64,000 nucleotides of DNA from Saccostrea echinata (GCF_033153115.1 NW_026889757.1:4588001-4652000), one strand, 5' to 3'; positions 1 through 14,099 are shown, counted from the first letter of the stretch. The notes: generated by a model not told the origin, from the sequence alone. Made by a program: numbers and translations.

Positions 1-1163
1 ATTCCTTGTGACAAGACCTTTCTTTGGGTACCATCATATTTGACCTTTTGACCTTGACCTTGGAGTTTGACCCACTTTTGCAAAAATTTTATGAGACTTT
101 AACCTTGGCCATAACTTCTGAACAGTTGGTGATTGGGGTTTCAAACTTCACATGTGTATTTTTTGTGACAAGGCCTTCCTTTGGATACCAACAACTTTTA
201 CCTTTTGACCTTGACCGAGGAGTTTGACCTACTTTTGAAAAACTTTAACCTTGGCCATAACTTCTGAAGAGTTGGTGCTTAGGGTTTCAAACTTCACATG
301 TGTATTCCTTGTGACAAGACCTTCTTCTAGATATCAACCACTTTGAACCTTTGACCTTGACCTAGGAGTTTGACCTACTTTCGAAAAACTTTAACCTTGG
401 CCATAACTTTTGAATGGTTGGAGCTAGGGCTTTCATACTTCACATATGTAATCCTTGTGACAAGACCTTTCTTTGGATACCAACCACTTTGACCTTTTGA
501 CCTCGGCCTAGGAGTTTGACCTACTTTTGAAAAACTTTAACCTTGGCCATAACTTTTGAATGGTTGATGCTAGGGCTTTCTTACTTCACATATGTAATCC
601 TTATGATAAGATCTTCCTTTGGATACCAACCACTTTGACCCTATGACCTTGACCTAGGAGTTTGACCTACTTTTGAAAAACTTTAACCTTCGCCATAACT
701 TTTGAATGGTTGGTGCTAGGGCTTTCATTATTCACATATGTAATCCTTGTGACAAGACCTTCCTTTGGATACCAACCACTTTGACCCTTTGACCTTGACA
801 TAGGAGTTTGACCTACTTTCGAAAAACTTTAATCTTGGTCATAACTTTTGAATGGTTGGTGCTAGGGCTTTCATACTTCACATATGTAATCCTTGTGACA
901 AGATCTTCCTTTGGATACCAACCACTTTGACCTTGACCTTGACGTTTGACTTTTATTTAAAAAACTTTAACCTTTGCCATAACTTTTGAACAGTTGCAGC
1001 TAGGTCTTTCAAATTTCACAGGTATATTCCTCGAGACAAGACCTTTCTTTGGGTATCAACATTTTTTATCTTTTGGCCTGGATTTTGACTTGCATTTGAG
1101 AAACTTTAACCTTCGCCATAAGCTGCCATACGGGGCATCAGTGTTTCACAAACACATCTTGTT
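1..1163 (-). mobile_element. Non-autonomous Helitron/Helentron-type element with ~146-bp tandem array (truncated by window start)
   Basis: About 7 tandem ~146-bp units (…gtgacaagacc…tttgaccttgacc…aaaactttaaccttggccataac…) ending in ggggcatcagtgtttcacaaacacatcttgtt, the type of terminus seen in bivalve Helentron-derived elements. Confidence 0.7.
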
Positions 1164-4100
1164 TCCTATGTATTCCTATGTAAAACTATGATTGGTCATT
1201 GTGGCCCCATCCTACCCACCCTAAATTTGAACAAATTTGAATCTACACTACCTGAGGATGCTTCTATAATAATATGACTAATCATGGCTTTGCTGTTCTT
1301 GAGCAAAAGATTTTTTCAAGATGATTACTATATATTCTTATGCAAAACTTTGACCCTCTGTTGTGCCCCCAACCCCTGGGGGTCATAATTTGAACAAACT
1401 TGATTCTACAATACCTAAGGTTGCCTCTGTATAAATATGACTAATAATGGCATAGTTGTTCTTGAGAAGAAGATTTCAAAGATATTTCCTTTCTTTCTAG
1501 GTTTTCCTTTTACTCTGTCTGAGTTAATGATTGGAATGATTATTAAGTCAGCTCTGTCTGAGGGTATATTACACAGTACTTAAATTTTCTCTTATCTAGA
1601 GATGGGTTTGGTACTACTTGCACCGTGTTTCTCCCCTAGGTTAGATAAGAACCGGGTAACTCAATCTTCTTCAGATTTACTACACCCAGAGCTTAACATC
1701 AATTCCCTAGGATACTTGCCACGGGTGTTTTTAACTTTCATACTTTTATTTTGCTCTTACCCTTAAGGTTTTCCATCCTCTATCCTTAAATGTTCATCAC
1801 ATACATAATACTCTGATATTGATTTAAAGCATTTTACAGTAGAAAAGGATTTACAAAGAGAAAGTTTAAAAAATGTAATTAACTAAGCATTGAGTACTTA
1901 ACAAAGATTGCATTGAAGTCTATGGAGCAATTTTTTTTTAAAAAGAAAATTCAAATAATAAGAATACCGTATAACGGGTATTTTCTGCGGTTGTCCAATT
2001 TTTGCGGAATTTTGCGGATAGGACAAATCCGCAAAAATTACAATCGCAAAATATTTTTCAATATTTCTTCAGATATATATTTTAAGTATGATAAGTGGTG
2101 CGTATGTCCTCGTTGGCAAGAAAATTCGGGTGTCATCGAAATTCGAAGATTTTAGATATCAGGATTTTTCCAAAACATATTGAATTAAAACGTTGCTGTA
2201 AATAATATCAATTTAATAAGTTTATACAAAAACATTTTTTCTTGTACCTACATGTACTTCTTTATACGGATATACATGTACATGTAAATGACTAAGAGAT
2301 ATTTCGCAATTAATAGTCCAAACTCCGATAGCTGCAAACAACACATAGTAGCTTTTTCTTTAACACTTTTTTCAATCTTGTGTTTTATCTGGAGACCATA
2401 ATTACTGCTTGTATACACAAAGTGGCTTGATTGTCTCGTGAATTTCACACAATGCAGACGACTGACAGGATTAGTTACGCCTCAATGCACATGGCACCTG
2501 TGATTGTACACGGTCAACTTTAGGTTATTTGATTATGCAACTGTTTGTTTGAGATTAAAATATAAACACCAGATTAATTTTGATGGCAATTATCTATAAG
2601 TGTATTTTTTAGAATATGGCTTGGATGCATTAATTATCTATATATTAAATATTTTAATAGATCGCATAAAACGTTTGTTACAATGTAGAATAAAGATTTT
2701 TTATTGTTGTTTGGGTGGACCGATACTGCAATAATTCATTTCAATTGGGACTCGACATAATTTTACAAAGACTAACTGAAAGATAGTAGTTTAATTAAGC
2801 TTAATAGCTTAATACCAGTTCTCATGCAACTTATATCAATATGTCTCAATGAATTTATAAAACGTAAACATGGCAGCTATCTAATAATTCTTAGAGATTG
2901 GTGATCATACCCAGTAAATAATTTTTTGCGGTATAATGCAACCGCAGAAATTGAAAACGCAGAAATTAATTTGCTATCTTTTAGGGGTTAAATCGCAAAA
3001 ATTTCCAACCGCAGAAAATACCCGTTATACGGTATTAATAAATACTGTAGTGGAACAACGCACTTAAACACATTAGAAATAGAATGACAATTGAAAACGA
3101 TTTTCTTACTAGATAAGTTTCTTAAAATTAATTTCTTTTCAAAATTAAAAACAGAGGGAGATAACTCTTACCAAAATCCAAGGTAATAAATTAGGATCCA
3201 TCCCACCCTTACATGCTAATAGTAATTAATGGGAATTATGTCTAAATATACTGGGTATTCAACACGTACCATCTGTTATGTATTCAATTTCATTGAATCT
3301 TTTGCTATTAGGATGGAATACCTTAATTTTCTTAAAGCTGATTCATCATCTGATTCTATAATTATACCTTGTAAATGCCTGACTTTCCCAAGGCTTTGCC
3401 GTATATACCCTTAGGCTAGTCCATTCCAAGGGTTGTCAGGTCATTCCACTAATTGAAGTCTTCAATGCCTTTTACTCAAATGCCCCTTAACCATTACACC
3501 TATATATTCCTATGCAAATCTTGACCCACTGTTGTCCCCTCCCCCTACCCCCCAGGGGTCATGATTTGAACAAACTTGAATCTTCACTACCTGAGGATAC
3601 TTCTTTATTAATATGTCTAATAATGGCTTATCTGTTCTTGAGAAGAAGATTTTTAAAGATATTTCCTATATATTCCAATGGTAAACTTTGACCCTCTGTT
3701 GTGGCCATGCCATACCCCCAGGGGTCATGACTGGAACAAACTTGAATCTACACTACCTGAGGATACTTCTGTATTGATATGACTAATCATGGCTTTGCTG
3801 TTCTCGAGAAGATTTTTAAAGACATCTTATATATTCCTATGTAAAACTTTGACCCCCTAATGTGGCCCCGCCCTACCCACATGGGTTATGATATGAACAA
3901 TTTTGAATCTAGAGTATGTATTGAAGCTATCACAAAAGTTTCATCTTTTATTGCCCAGTGGTTCTTGGGATGAAGATTTTGAAAAGGCACCAAATTTTCA
4001 CGAATTCTTAACTATCTTTCGTTGAAAGAGGACGCGGCACTTCCTCTGAACATACTTGAATCTCCTTCACCCAAGAATGTTTTATGGTAAGTGTAGTTGA

Positions 4101-4206
4101 AATTGGCCCAGTCGAATATGTGAAAAGTTTACAGACGACAGACGGACGCCGGACACTCATTGATCAGAAGAGCTCACTTGAGCCTTCGGCTCAGTTGAGC
4201 TATAAA
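1164..4206 (+). mobile_element. Helentron-type element with ~167-bp satellite units, interrupted by inserted DNA at ~1490-3495
   Basis: Units of tttgaacaaacttgaatctacactacctgaggatgc… at 1164-1490 and 3495-4100. They are followed by a (GACG/GACA)n tract and the terminal hairpin agctcacttgagccttcggctcagttgagct. Confidence 0.65.
1967..3032. mobile_element. Tc1/mariner (pogo-like) MITE
   Basis: Perfect TIR ccgtataacgggtattttctgcggttg / caaccgcagaaaatacccgttatacgg, flanked by TA on both sides. Confidence 0.85.
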
Positions 4207-4295
4207 TATTACTGAAACAAGTGCCTGTGTTCCAAACCTTTCAATTACTCTTGGGTCTCTTTTTTACAATAGAGCATGTTTAGTTGCTATGATTA

Positions 4296-5952
4296 AACAA
4301 GAGGCCTATGGGCTACATCGCTCACATGAGCACAATGGCTAGGAAAAAGCACAAATCAATTCAGTATTGAAAAGCTTACTGGGGGGGGGGGGGGGGGGAC
4401 TTGAATTTAAAACTACCTGAGGATGCTTCCATATCAATATAACAAATGGCTTTGTTGTTCTTGAGCAGATTTTTAAAAAATTTTCCTATATATTCCTTTG
4501 TAAAAATTTTATACCCCATTGTGGTCCCTCCCTACCCAAAGGGGTCATCATTTGAACAAACTTGAATCTACACTACCCGAGGATGTTTCCATATCAATAT
4601 GACTAAACATGACTTTGATGTTCTTGAGAAGAAGATTTTTATAGATTTTTTCCTATATATTTCTATGTAAAACTTTGATCCCCCATTGTGGCCCCAGCCT
4701 TCCCCCAGGGGTCATGATTTGAACAACCTTGCTTACTGGGGAAGGGGGACTTGAATTTTAAACTACCTGAGGATGCTTCCATATCAATATAACAAATGGT
4801 TTTGTTGTACTTGAGCAGATTTTTAAAAAAATTTCCTATATATTCCTTTGTAAAAATTGTATACCCCATTGTGGTCCCTCCCTACCCAAAGGGGTCATCA
4901 TTTGAACAAACTTGAATCTACACTACCCGAGGATGTTTCCATATCAATATGACTAAACATGACTTTGATGTTCTTGAGAAGAAGATTTTTATAGATTTTT
5001 TTCCTATATATTTCTATATAAAACTTTGATCCCCCGTTGTGGCCCCAGCCTACCCCCAGGGGTCATGATTTGAACAAACTTGAATTTTAAACTATCTGAG
5101 GATGCTCTCATATCAATATGACATATCATGGCTTTGCTGTTCTTGAGAAGAAGATTTTTATAGATTTTTTCCTATATATTTCTTTGTAAAACTTTGATCC
5201 CCCATTGTGACCTTACCCTACCCCCGGGGGTCATGATTTGAACAAAGTTGTATCTACACACTACCTGAGAATGCTTCCATATCAATATGACAGATCATAG
5301 CTTTGCTGTTCTTGAGAAGAAGATTTTTAAAGTTTTTTCCTATATATTCCTTTATAAAAATTTGATCCCCCATTGTGGCCCCACCCTAACCCCAGGGGTC
5401 ATGATTTGTACAAAATTGAATCTACACTATCTGAGGATTTTTACATATCAATATGACTAAACAAGGTTTTGCTGTTCTTGAGAAGAATATTTTTAAAGAT
5501 TTTTTCCTATATATATTTCTATGAAAAAGTTTGATCCCCCATTGTGATCCCACCCTACTATTGGGGTCATGATTTGAACAAACTTGAATCTACACTACCT
5601 GAGGATGCTTCCAAATCAATATGACAAATCATGGCTTTGCTGTTCTTGAGAAGAAGATTTTTAAAGTTTTTTTTCGTATATATTCCTATATAAAACTTTG
5701 ATCCCCCATTGTGACCCCAACCTACCCCCAGGGGTCATGATTTGAACAAATTAAAATCTACACTATGTAACAAGGGTTTCATATAAATTTCAACTTTTTG
5801 AGGCCAGTGTATCTTGAGAAGAAGATTTTTAAATTATGCCACCATATTTTCACTATTTCTGTATTATCTCCCCTTGAATGAGGGCGTGGCCCTTTATTTG
5901 AACAAATTTGAATCACCTTTACCCAAGGATGCTTTGTGGCAAGTTTTGGTTG

Positions 5953-5987
<35 letters not shown>

Positions 5988-6058
5988 TTGTGAAAAGTTT
6001 ACAGACGGACGGACAGACAGACAGCTAGACAGACGGACAGACGGACTACAGACAAAAT

Positions 6059-6105
<47 letters not shown>
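4296..6105 (+). mobile_element. Complete non-autonomous Helentron-type element with ~167-bp satellite array (Cg170/HindIII-like)
   Basis: 5' end aacaagaggcctatgggctacatcgctcacatgag, ~9 tandem units, a (GACG/GACA)n microsatellite and a 3' hairpin agctcacttgagctttcagctcaggtgagct followed by an A-run. The 5' gctcacatgag is inverted relative to the 3' ctcaggtgagc. Confidence 0.8.
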
Positions 6106-7974
6106 TATATAAAATATTTTACATTATCAATAAAAGTCGGGTTCATGCTGAAGTGTTACATCAGAAGTCAAGACAAATAAGATAAAAATTTGTCATGGAA
6201 GTAGGAAAAATAGTTTGATACCATTCAACCTGCATTTTTAATCGGTGATGTTTGATTATGAGATAACGAGAGATAAACAGCCATTCTGAAAACTTCCCAC
6301 ACACTGAGAACAGGTCATGTGGTCTGGTAATAGAACAGTATATAAATTATTATACAGCTTCTGTTCTATTTATATTATAAGTTTTGATTCAAAAAAGTAA
6401 CACGGTTGGAAATTTTACCAAATATTTCGTGGCAGGTTTGATTGAAATTGTTATTTTGGTGAAGTTGAAGTGAAAAGATTACAGATAATGCATTCATGAT
6501 AGATGGATGGCAGACACGTACTCTTTGATCACAAAAGTTTACTTGAGCCTTTGGATCAGGTGAGCTAAAAACGAGTGAATAGATTAAAACCTTTTCCGTC
6601 CGTGGTTAATTGAGTATTGCATAACAATTACTCATATGAATATAACACAACAGTGACACAGCGAATGACATCATTTCTTTTTAAAAGAAATCACTTTGTC
6701 ATGATGCAAGGGACATGAGGAATGATCTTATAATGTTGCAGAAACATTGAGTGGGCATTTACTTATCCTTGCTTTCATTACTTACAGTTAAATGAATGAA
6801 GAAACAAGCCAAAGTTCATTTGAAAGTGAAAATCTATTATTCAGTATAAAAAGAAATGACAATCTTCTCACTAACAATTTTGTCTTTCAAGAATTATGGT
6901 TACTAACCAGGCTTGCATTGGGTTAATGCTAAATGTAATGGTAATACATTGCAATGCATTACTTAAACTTAAATTAATGCTAGTAATGTGTATTGCCAAA
7001 AAAATGGTAATACATTGCAATGCATTACTTAAACTTAAAGTAATGCTAGTAATGTGTATTGCCAAAAAATTTGCATTACATGTAATGGTAATGTAATGCA
7101 TTACTTTCTCAAATCTAGAGTAATACTGCCATTACATGGCAATACAAAGCATTATTTTGTATATACAGCTATTATAAAAATAAATAAATAAAAATAGATA
7201 TGGAAAATATTGTTTAAATTATTTTCTTTAAATGATAGAAATGAATTTTAAAAATTAACCTTTTTAGATAAATTTTTTGTATCTATTTTAATACTATGGT
7301 GACATATTTCTGCCCCCTACATGCAAGATAATTTATGTTAACATGCAACATAATTATGTAGGCATGCAACATATTTATGTCAACATGCAAAATACTTATG
7401 TTGACATGCAAGTTACCAATCTTATTAGAAAATATAATTTAAATATGGGTAACATTACTGAACTAACGCCAGTATCTGACATCATATATGCAAGATGCAA
7501 CATGATTATGTATAGACATGCGACTTACTTATGTTAACATGCGAGGTAATTATTAAAGTTGCACTATTAGGATGAGGAAAGAAAAATATGATCTTTTAAA
7601 TAGATCTCTTAAATCTAACGATATAAGACATATAACCAAAAATACTTTGAATATTTCATCTAGTTAGAAACCAGACAAGAATCCCTCCTTAAGTCTCCTT
7701 ATGACTGTCCAAGCCATCTACAGGAACAAAATAATAGGTCAATAATATGTCGCTCGGTGGCATAATAATATTCTTTTCTTATCAGGAATAAAAAAATTAT
7801 TATATAGTCTATTTATCGTCCCTATATAATATAAACGGTAGGAAACAGTTCATAACACGTATTTTATTAATTTTCAATCTAAAGTTGAAAATGACTACAT
7901 GACAAAATAGTATTTTCAACTTTGGATTGAAAATTAATATAAGACAACAGTAACATTACATATTCACTGGATTT

Positions 7975-8202
7975 GTATGGAGGGTAATCGCTTTCAAAAA
8001 TCCAGACTTGTAAGTTTGTACATCCGAACATGCACACGTTCATAGTATAAACTCGAAGTCAACACAGTTGTATGTTCGAATTTACATGCTAATATGTCGG
8101 AATTAGCTACTTAATTCTGTTTACTAAGAAATTGATATGATTGCATGTTCGGGTTTACAAAGTTACTACTCTGTGATTTTTGAACACGATTACCCTCCAT
8201 AG
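7975..8202. mobile_element. Short MITE
   Basis: TIR tatggagggtaatcgctttcaaaaatc / gatttttgaacacgattaccctccata. Confidence 0.65.
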
Positions 8203-9409
8203 ATTTCAAGCCGTATTCACCGGAGGGTGGGATGCAGCGACATTGTGACGTCACAATCAACAACGGCCCCTTTTAATATTTTGCAGTTAAAATGATAAAC
8301 GTGATAAGCCAAGACTGATTTTCAAACACCAATCGCGGATCCTTAATTTTTTTTTTCCAAGAGGTGGTTTTCACAACGACTCAAAAATATTGGGGGTGGA
8401 GGAGGGGCCGGTCATCTTCAACTACAAAAACATCGGAGACTCGTAAAACCATTTAATAACTCAAAAAATCCAAGGGGCGAATCCCCCCTAAAAAAGATCC
8501 CCGCATGAACAGAGTATTGCCAAATTTCAACGCTAAAAAATATTGATGATTCTATTGATGATTCTTGATTCTAACACAAAAAAACTGATTTTCAGAAATT
8601 ATGTATTCTCGGAGGAAAAGTAAATATGAATCTGAAAAATTTAAATATTTTTTTTTCTCCATATAATTGAATAATTCCTAGTTCTCTGATTGGCTGAGAT
8701 CCAATATCTATACTTATAAATTAATAAATTTTGCAAATAAACTCCGAAACGGGTGCATCAGAGTTCTTACTTACTCCTCTAACAATACACTATATACAAG
8801 ATAATGTCCGTAAACTATATTTAGATTTCACTCGCATAGTAGGTGTCGTACATTAAATTAAAAGTCTACTTTTATTTTCTATAAACAGTCATGAAATAGC
8901 AAAAACGTGAGTACGGTGGCGTTTCCGGTTGGCGGATCTAAGTTACTGGCAGTTTTAAATAAAACTGACAACAAGCAATCGGATAGCATCGAGCCCGATG
9001 TTAAAAAGAAAATCGAGGCGATAATAGCTGCATGAAAATTAAAAAAAAAAAAAAAGCTTTCGTGGGAGTGGTCATTGAAATAATGGTAAATCATTGATAA
9101 CACTATAAGTTGTGAATATATTTATATATCGAAAGACTATTACATATATGTAGTAGGTTTTTCTAATAAATTTATCGGTACAATTTGTATTTTCCTTTTT
9201 GAGAGCATCGTGGCAACGAACCCGAAGTACAATTTGTACTTCGTAATAAACTTGCTTACAAGAAAAGAGAAAATTAATGAATAAGATATTGTTCAAATAT
9301 AATTAAAGCTGTAAAATTTTGTGCTTTAATCAATAAACTTCAGTTTTTTTCTGAGTCTTTTGTATCAAATACTCGGCCTATTCATAGGGCGTTAAGCAGC
9401 TAATTTTTA

Positions 9410-9539
9410 CACAGGTACTTGGGTCTTGGTATATAAATATGTATGTACCGGGTACCTTGATGTGTAAAAAAGGTAAAGTACATTTTTACATATCAATAAG
9501 GTACATACATATTTATAAACCAAGACCCAAGTACCTGTG
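9410..9539. mobile_element. Palindromic MITE with CACAGG termini (CACTA-like)
   Basis: cacaggtacttgggtcttggt…atgtatgtacc mirrored by ggtacatacat…accaagacccaagtacctgtg. Confidence 0.6.
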
Positions 9540-10061
9540 ATTTTTTAACCCCCCTCCCCCAAATCAATTTATCAGTAAAATGTGCATACATGTATTCGCT
9601 CCTTTTATCCTTAGCGGAAATGAAATAAGAGCATCTAAAGTACAATATCCATAATATTATATAACAGGTTTCACAATAAACGTCATTTAAATGTAATTGT
9701 TAATTTTCAAGTTTTTACAAAAAGGGGGTGGGGTGGGGGTGGAGACGTACATTTACTTCCTGTGTGATTTTGAACAAAGTATTTCTTCCTTCTATAAGCC
9801 TGTAGGCTGTCAGTAGAAACTACAATATATTTTCTGTCGGTAGTGTTATAAATTCAATTCCTCGCGCTTGCGTGGGATCTCATCTAGTTGTAGAAAAAAA
9901 ACACCACGTTATGTTCACCTGCACGTGACCTTCCAGGTGAACATAAGGATTTTTTCTACATTGGACTAAAAATAGATCGGGAAATTTCAAATTGATACAA
10001 ATAGTTCTGAAAAGTTATTTCACTTGCACCTGACTTTCGCTTCGTTTAACATAACATTCAG

Positions 10062-10806
10062 GCACGCATGTGAATTAAGGCTAGGTACAGGCGTTTCTAT
10101 GCAAATGAGCTAATAAAAACGCATAAGAAGTATATTTATTATTCGGAGAAAGTTTTGATTTAGGCCTATTTTCTTTTGCATACTTAGTACCCACGATATG
10201 TTATAGCCAATACACATTATGACGTCATATTATGACGTCATTGTTCTTACCTTCTGGAGGTAATAATACACATCAACAAAACAGCTTCGGTGCAAAGGAA
10301 TAACCCCATTTAATTTTACATATAAATTTACAGTGCTAAGAAGAAGATTCTATAGATTAATAAAACTGCTGCACAAATCCTAGGCATTTTCTCATTTGAT
10401 TGGAATTTGAGGAAACTTATACCGGACTGTACATTTTTTTACTCTGATTCAACTTAAAACTTTACAAATAGAAATTATACAACTGAGCTGTTGATATTTG
10501 TGCAGCAATACCAGCAATCTTTGGAATATTTTGCTTCTAAATATACCTTGTTTCAGTTAAATCAAATAGAGCATGCCCTTGCGCCGAAGCATTTTTATTG
10601 ATGTCCATTATAATCTTGTGTAGTAAAGAACAATGAGGTCATAATATGACGTCATAATGTGTACTGGCTATCTCATGTCGTGGGTACCAAGTATGTATTA
10701 GACAATAAGTTTTAACTTTCTATGTATAATAGATATAGTCCTTAAGCATTTTAATAAGTTTATTTGCATAGAAATGCCTATACGTAGCCTTAACTCACCT
10801 GCGCAC
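10062..10806. mobile_element. Long-TIR hairpin MITE (~745 bp)
   Basis: About 300-bp degenerate inverted arms, e.g. aattaaggctaggtacaggcgtttctatgcaaat vs atttgcatagaaatgcctatacgtagccttaact, and acattatgacgtcatattatgac vs gtcataatatgacgtcataatgt. Confidence 0.7.
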
Positions 10807-11299
10807 ATAGAATCGGGGGAAGGGGCTTGGGTGCAGAGGACCTGCCCCATCGCTACATTTTTTTTCCGGAACGTAAATTTTAACCATTAATTTAGTATGA
10901 AAATGTTCATTGAAAGGCTGCCCCCCTCCCCCCGTTATTGGACCCTAACACCCATCCCCCATTCCCCACCTCTCATTCCGAAATAAAATTTGGAGAATTA
11001 TTCTCTTTGGGGGGGGGGGGGGGTTACTCAAAGATTGTCATTTTTTGTTCCTTATAATGACCCCCTCTCCCTTTTCAAAATCGATCCTACGTGCCTGACA
11101 TTTAATTTTTTGTTCTACATCGCACTTAAAATAGAATTATTTTAAAATCCAAATAAATACAAATGGTTATGTTTACTTTATTCCCACTTCTCTCATTGCG
11201 TGTTGGTAAGCTTTTAAGACTTCAGAAAATGTAAACAAGGAAGATGACACGGATTGCTTAACGAGGAGTTTGTATTATTTAATCATTAAATCATATAAT

Positions 11300-11448
11300 A
11301 AAACAATTATTGCTGTTTTTATGTCAATATGATGATTTAGCCACCTTCAAAGTACAGTATTCATCTCGCCCTTCGGACTCGGTGAATATTGTACTCCTCA
11401 GGTGGCTAGACCATCATATTGACCTCACAAACAGCAATAATCGTATTA
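11300..11448. repeat. Long palindrome with asymmetric CTTCGG core
   Basis: attattgctgttt…atatgatg…tagccacct…gtac…tattca mirrored around ctcgcccttcggactcgg. Confidence 0.65.
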
Positions 11449-11461
11449 TATTTGTGATATT

Positions 11462-13189
11462 CAGGGATAGACATTAACTTTTAGATTTACTTGCCCTTCG
11501 GGCAAGTGATCTCAAACTTTGACTTGTCCGAATGCAAAACTTGGTTGCCCAAAATAAGGAAAAAACTTCAGAATAAATTTTTATTACTGTAAATGTTACG
11601 ACAAGAAAAAATGTGTATTTGGTTTAACACACACTGCCATATGTAGCAATAACGCTCCGTTTTATAAGGCCAGGTAAAATTAATCTTTAGATTCTCATCC
11701 CCGCCCGCCCCTCTCAAAGTGCCCCGCCCCGTTGTTTTTTATTTTGCTTTTTAGGTGCCAAACATATTATTTTCATGTATTTTTATTCAGCAAGAATCTG
11801 GGTCAAAATTTAAGAGTTATCTCCCGTCTGTATTAAAAGTCGCGTGGCGCTATTTATAGCAAAAAACCTATGTGAAGAATGGAGAAAAATCGGCAATAAA
11901 AGCAGTTTAAATATGCAAGGAAAAGATATTTTGTCAGTAAAGAGAAGGCAGAAAAGCAAAAATAACATATAAACACATCTAGATACCTTCACTGGCATGG
12001 GCAAGTTTTTAAAGAGATTAACAGACGAAGAAAATACACATGGTCAAGTTTGAAATAACGATCTCCAGTTGTATGTGAATTTGCATTAAAAAAAATAAAA
12101 CATCGTTCAAAGACTTTAGAGAATAATAGTGCTAAGGAAATGTTAAATCTTAAAACTGTTCAGGCCTAGGCTTTTCAGTAGAATACTTTACAGATTTACA
12201 CAATCCTGTTTTGCAAATATGATATATTTTAATGTCGAACATGTCAAGTCTCAAGAACGATTGAATGTATGAGGACTGTGGAAATCTGTGATATCTGTAT
12301 ATCACACAGAACAGAAGGAGTTGTTGGTAAAACTATAAGGTATATGGGGAAAGGCCGATGAGAAAACATGCATATGCAATTTATTAGGATCAGCACCTCA
12401 TTTTGTTTGGCGTGTGCCGTATCCAGGTATCTGTGTACTTGATAATTTGTTAATAAAACTATAAATATTTTAATTTTCTATAACAAGAATCTTCTGTAGA
12501 TATTTAAAAGAATATGGTAACAATAAATAAATCTATTCATATTGGCATTAACATAATGTAAACATTACGTGTACGAATGTTTTGTTGATACTTTAAAAAA
12601 TAAAAAATAAAATCCGCCCACCCGCCCCACTTTTTTAGCAAATTAGGATGAGAATCTAAATTTTAAATTTATGAGGCCTAAAATTCATATTTTTAAACTT
12701 ATTTTCGGTAGGATTCTTTTGTGAATCGTGATTTTCTGAGATAACTGTGAAACAACGCTGAAGGAAGATAGTTGCTACGTAACATACATCGATCTTTACC
12801 TTAATGATCAGGATACATCGTGTTACTCTGTACTTATATTCTGTGAGTGAATAAATAATCTACTATCCAAATTTCCAGAGATGTTAGACGAACAGCATAT
12901 TTACCAGGGAAAAAACGGAATAACGAACCGGATTTTCAAATGAAAAGTATAATCCAGAAATGCTGACAAGGAATTCCGAATGCAAAAACAATGTCAGGTA
13001 CCTGGCGGAAATCAAGTCTTCAATTTATTGGGGTTTTTAAATACAAATTAATGTAAACTAAATAAATATGTACATTTCTATGAGAAATATTCACTTGCCC
13101 GATCGGACAAGTACGTCGTAAGATTCACTTGCCCGAACTGAGAATTTACTTGTCCCGGGCAATCGGACAACCGTTAATGTCGATCCCTG
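11462..13189. mobile_element. Non-autonomous DNA transposon with CAGGG termini (hAT-like)
   Basis: TIR cagggatagacattaac / gttaatgtcgatccctg, subterminal acttgcccg repeats and a near-duplicated flank (tgatatt / taatatt). Confidence 0.7.
11668..12678. mobile_element. PIF/Harbinger-type MITE nested in the hAT-like element
   Basis: TAA-ggcc…tttagattctcatcc / ggatgagaatctaaa…ggcc-TAA, giving a TAA TSD. Confidence 0.7.
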
Positions 13190-13403
13190 TAATATTTTAT
13201 ATTAATATCTGCCAAAACGGGTAATTGTATACACTGTTTTGGTAGTTGATTTCTAATTTTGACAATGAAAGATCTGAAAATATAATTTAGCAATGCGTTA
13301 ATATGATCCTTAAGACTGTATACTAACTCATATGTACGACAGTTAGAAAGAGAGAGAGAGAGAGATTTTATAATCAAAAACCTTATTTTTTCTAGGAGAA
13401 ATC

Positions 13404-13509
13404 ATGAATTTGAAGCATACTTTTTCTAGTGCTTCTATGGTATTACTGCTTATCGCCCTTGCTCAATGATACTGGAAAAGTCCGGAAGAAGGCAAAACGT
13501 GCAAGTAAA
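13404..13509 (+). pseudogene. 5' part of laccase/multicopper oxidase pseudogene (signal peptide), cut off by the giant transposon
   Basis: A tttttctag acceptor precedes ATG 13404, then MNLKHTFSSASMVLLLIALAQ*YWKSPEEGKTCK*. This joins in frame to NTCRENDDVCECSLTIEHRLTMMTLKDP at 38131 once the element and one TSD copy are removed. Confidence 0.8.
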
Positions 13510-14060
13510 AGATGTGTAAAGTTAGCTACTAGTAACTGGCTACTAGTAGCTGGCTACGACAAGTGGGTAAAGTTGGCTACTAGTAACTGGCTAGTAGTAA
13601 GCTACAAGTAACTGGCTACTAGTAGCTGGCTACGACAAGTGGGTAAAGTTGGCTACTAGTAACTGGCTAGTAGTAAGCTACAAGTAACTGGCTACTAGTA
13701 GCTAGTTACGACAAGTTGGTAAATTTGGCTACTAGTAACTGGCTACTAGTATCTGACTTGAAATGTGAATGAAGCTAGCTATTAGTAACTGACTACGACA
13801 TGTGAGTAAAGCTAGCTACTAGTAAATGGTTTGCAATGTGAGTAAAGGTTCGCATCTTCTAGTAACTGGTTAAATTACGAATATTAATTTGAAGAAAATA
13901 AAAGTAATGTATTAATGCATTTATTAAAAAAAAATTGAATACAATCTTGTATTTTTGTTTCGCTTGTCAAAATATCTTGTATTAAAATATGCTAATTTTA
14001 ATCTCTACTTGCAGTTTAATACTATCATTGGGTATGCATTTAGCCATAGCATAACCATAA
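13510..14060 (+). repeat. Left outer TIR domain (short GCTACTAGTA repeats plus AT-rich segment)
   Basis: Repeated gctactagtaact/gctactagtagct and gacaagtgggtaaag. The AT-rich segment 13870-14050 is the reverse complement of ~37500-37670. Confidence 0.85.
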
Positions 14061-14099
14061 CAGTTAATGTGCCGTTTCTTTTATATATTTAGAAGAAAT

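Noticed and set aside
4375-5010. Near-exact 360-bp direct duplication inside a satellite array
   Set aside because: Expected from unequal exchange in tandem arrays, or from assembly; no independent significance.
13467-13469. In-frame TGA as selenocysteine or readthrough in the laccase
   Set aside because: A TAA follows 13 codons later and the gene has several frameshifts and deletions, so simple decay explains it.
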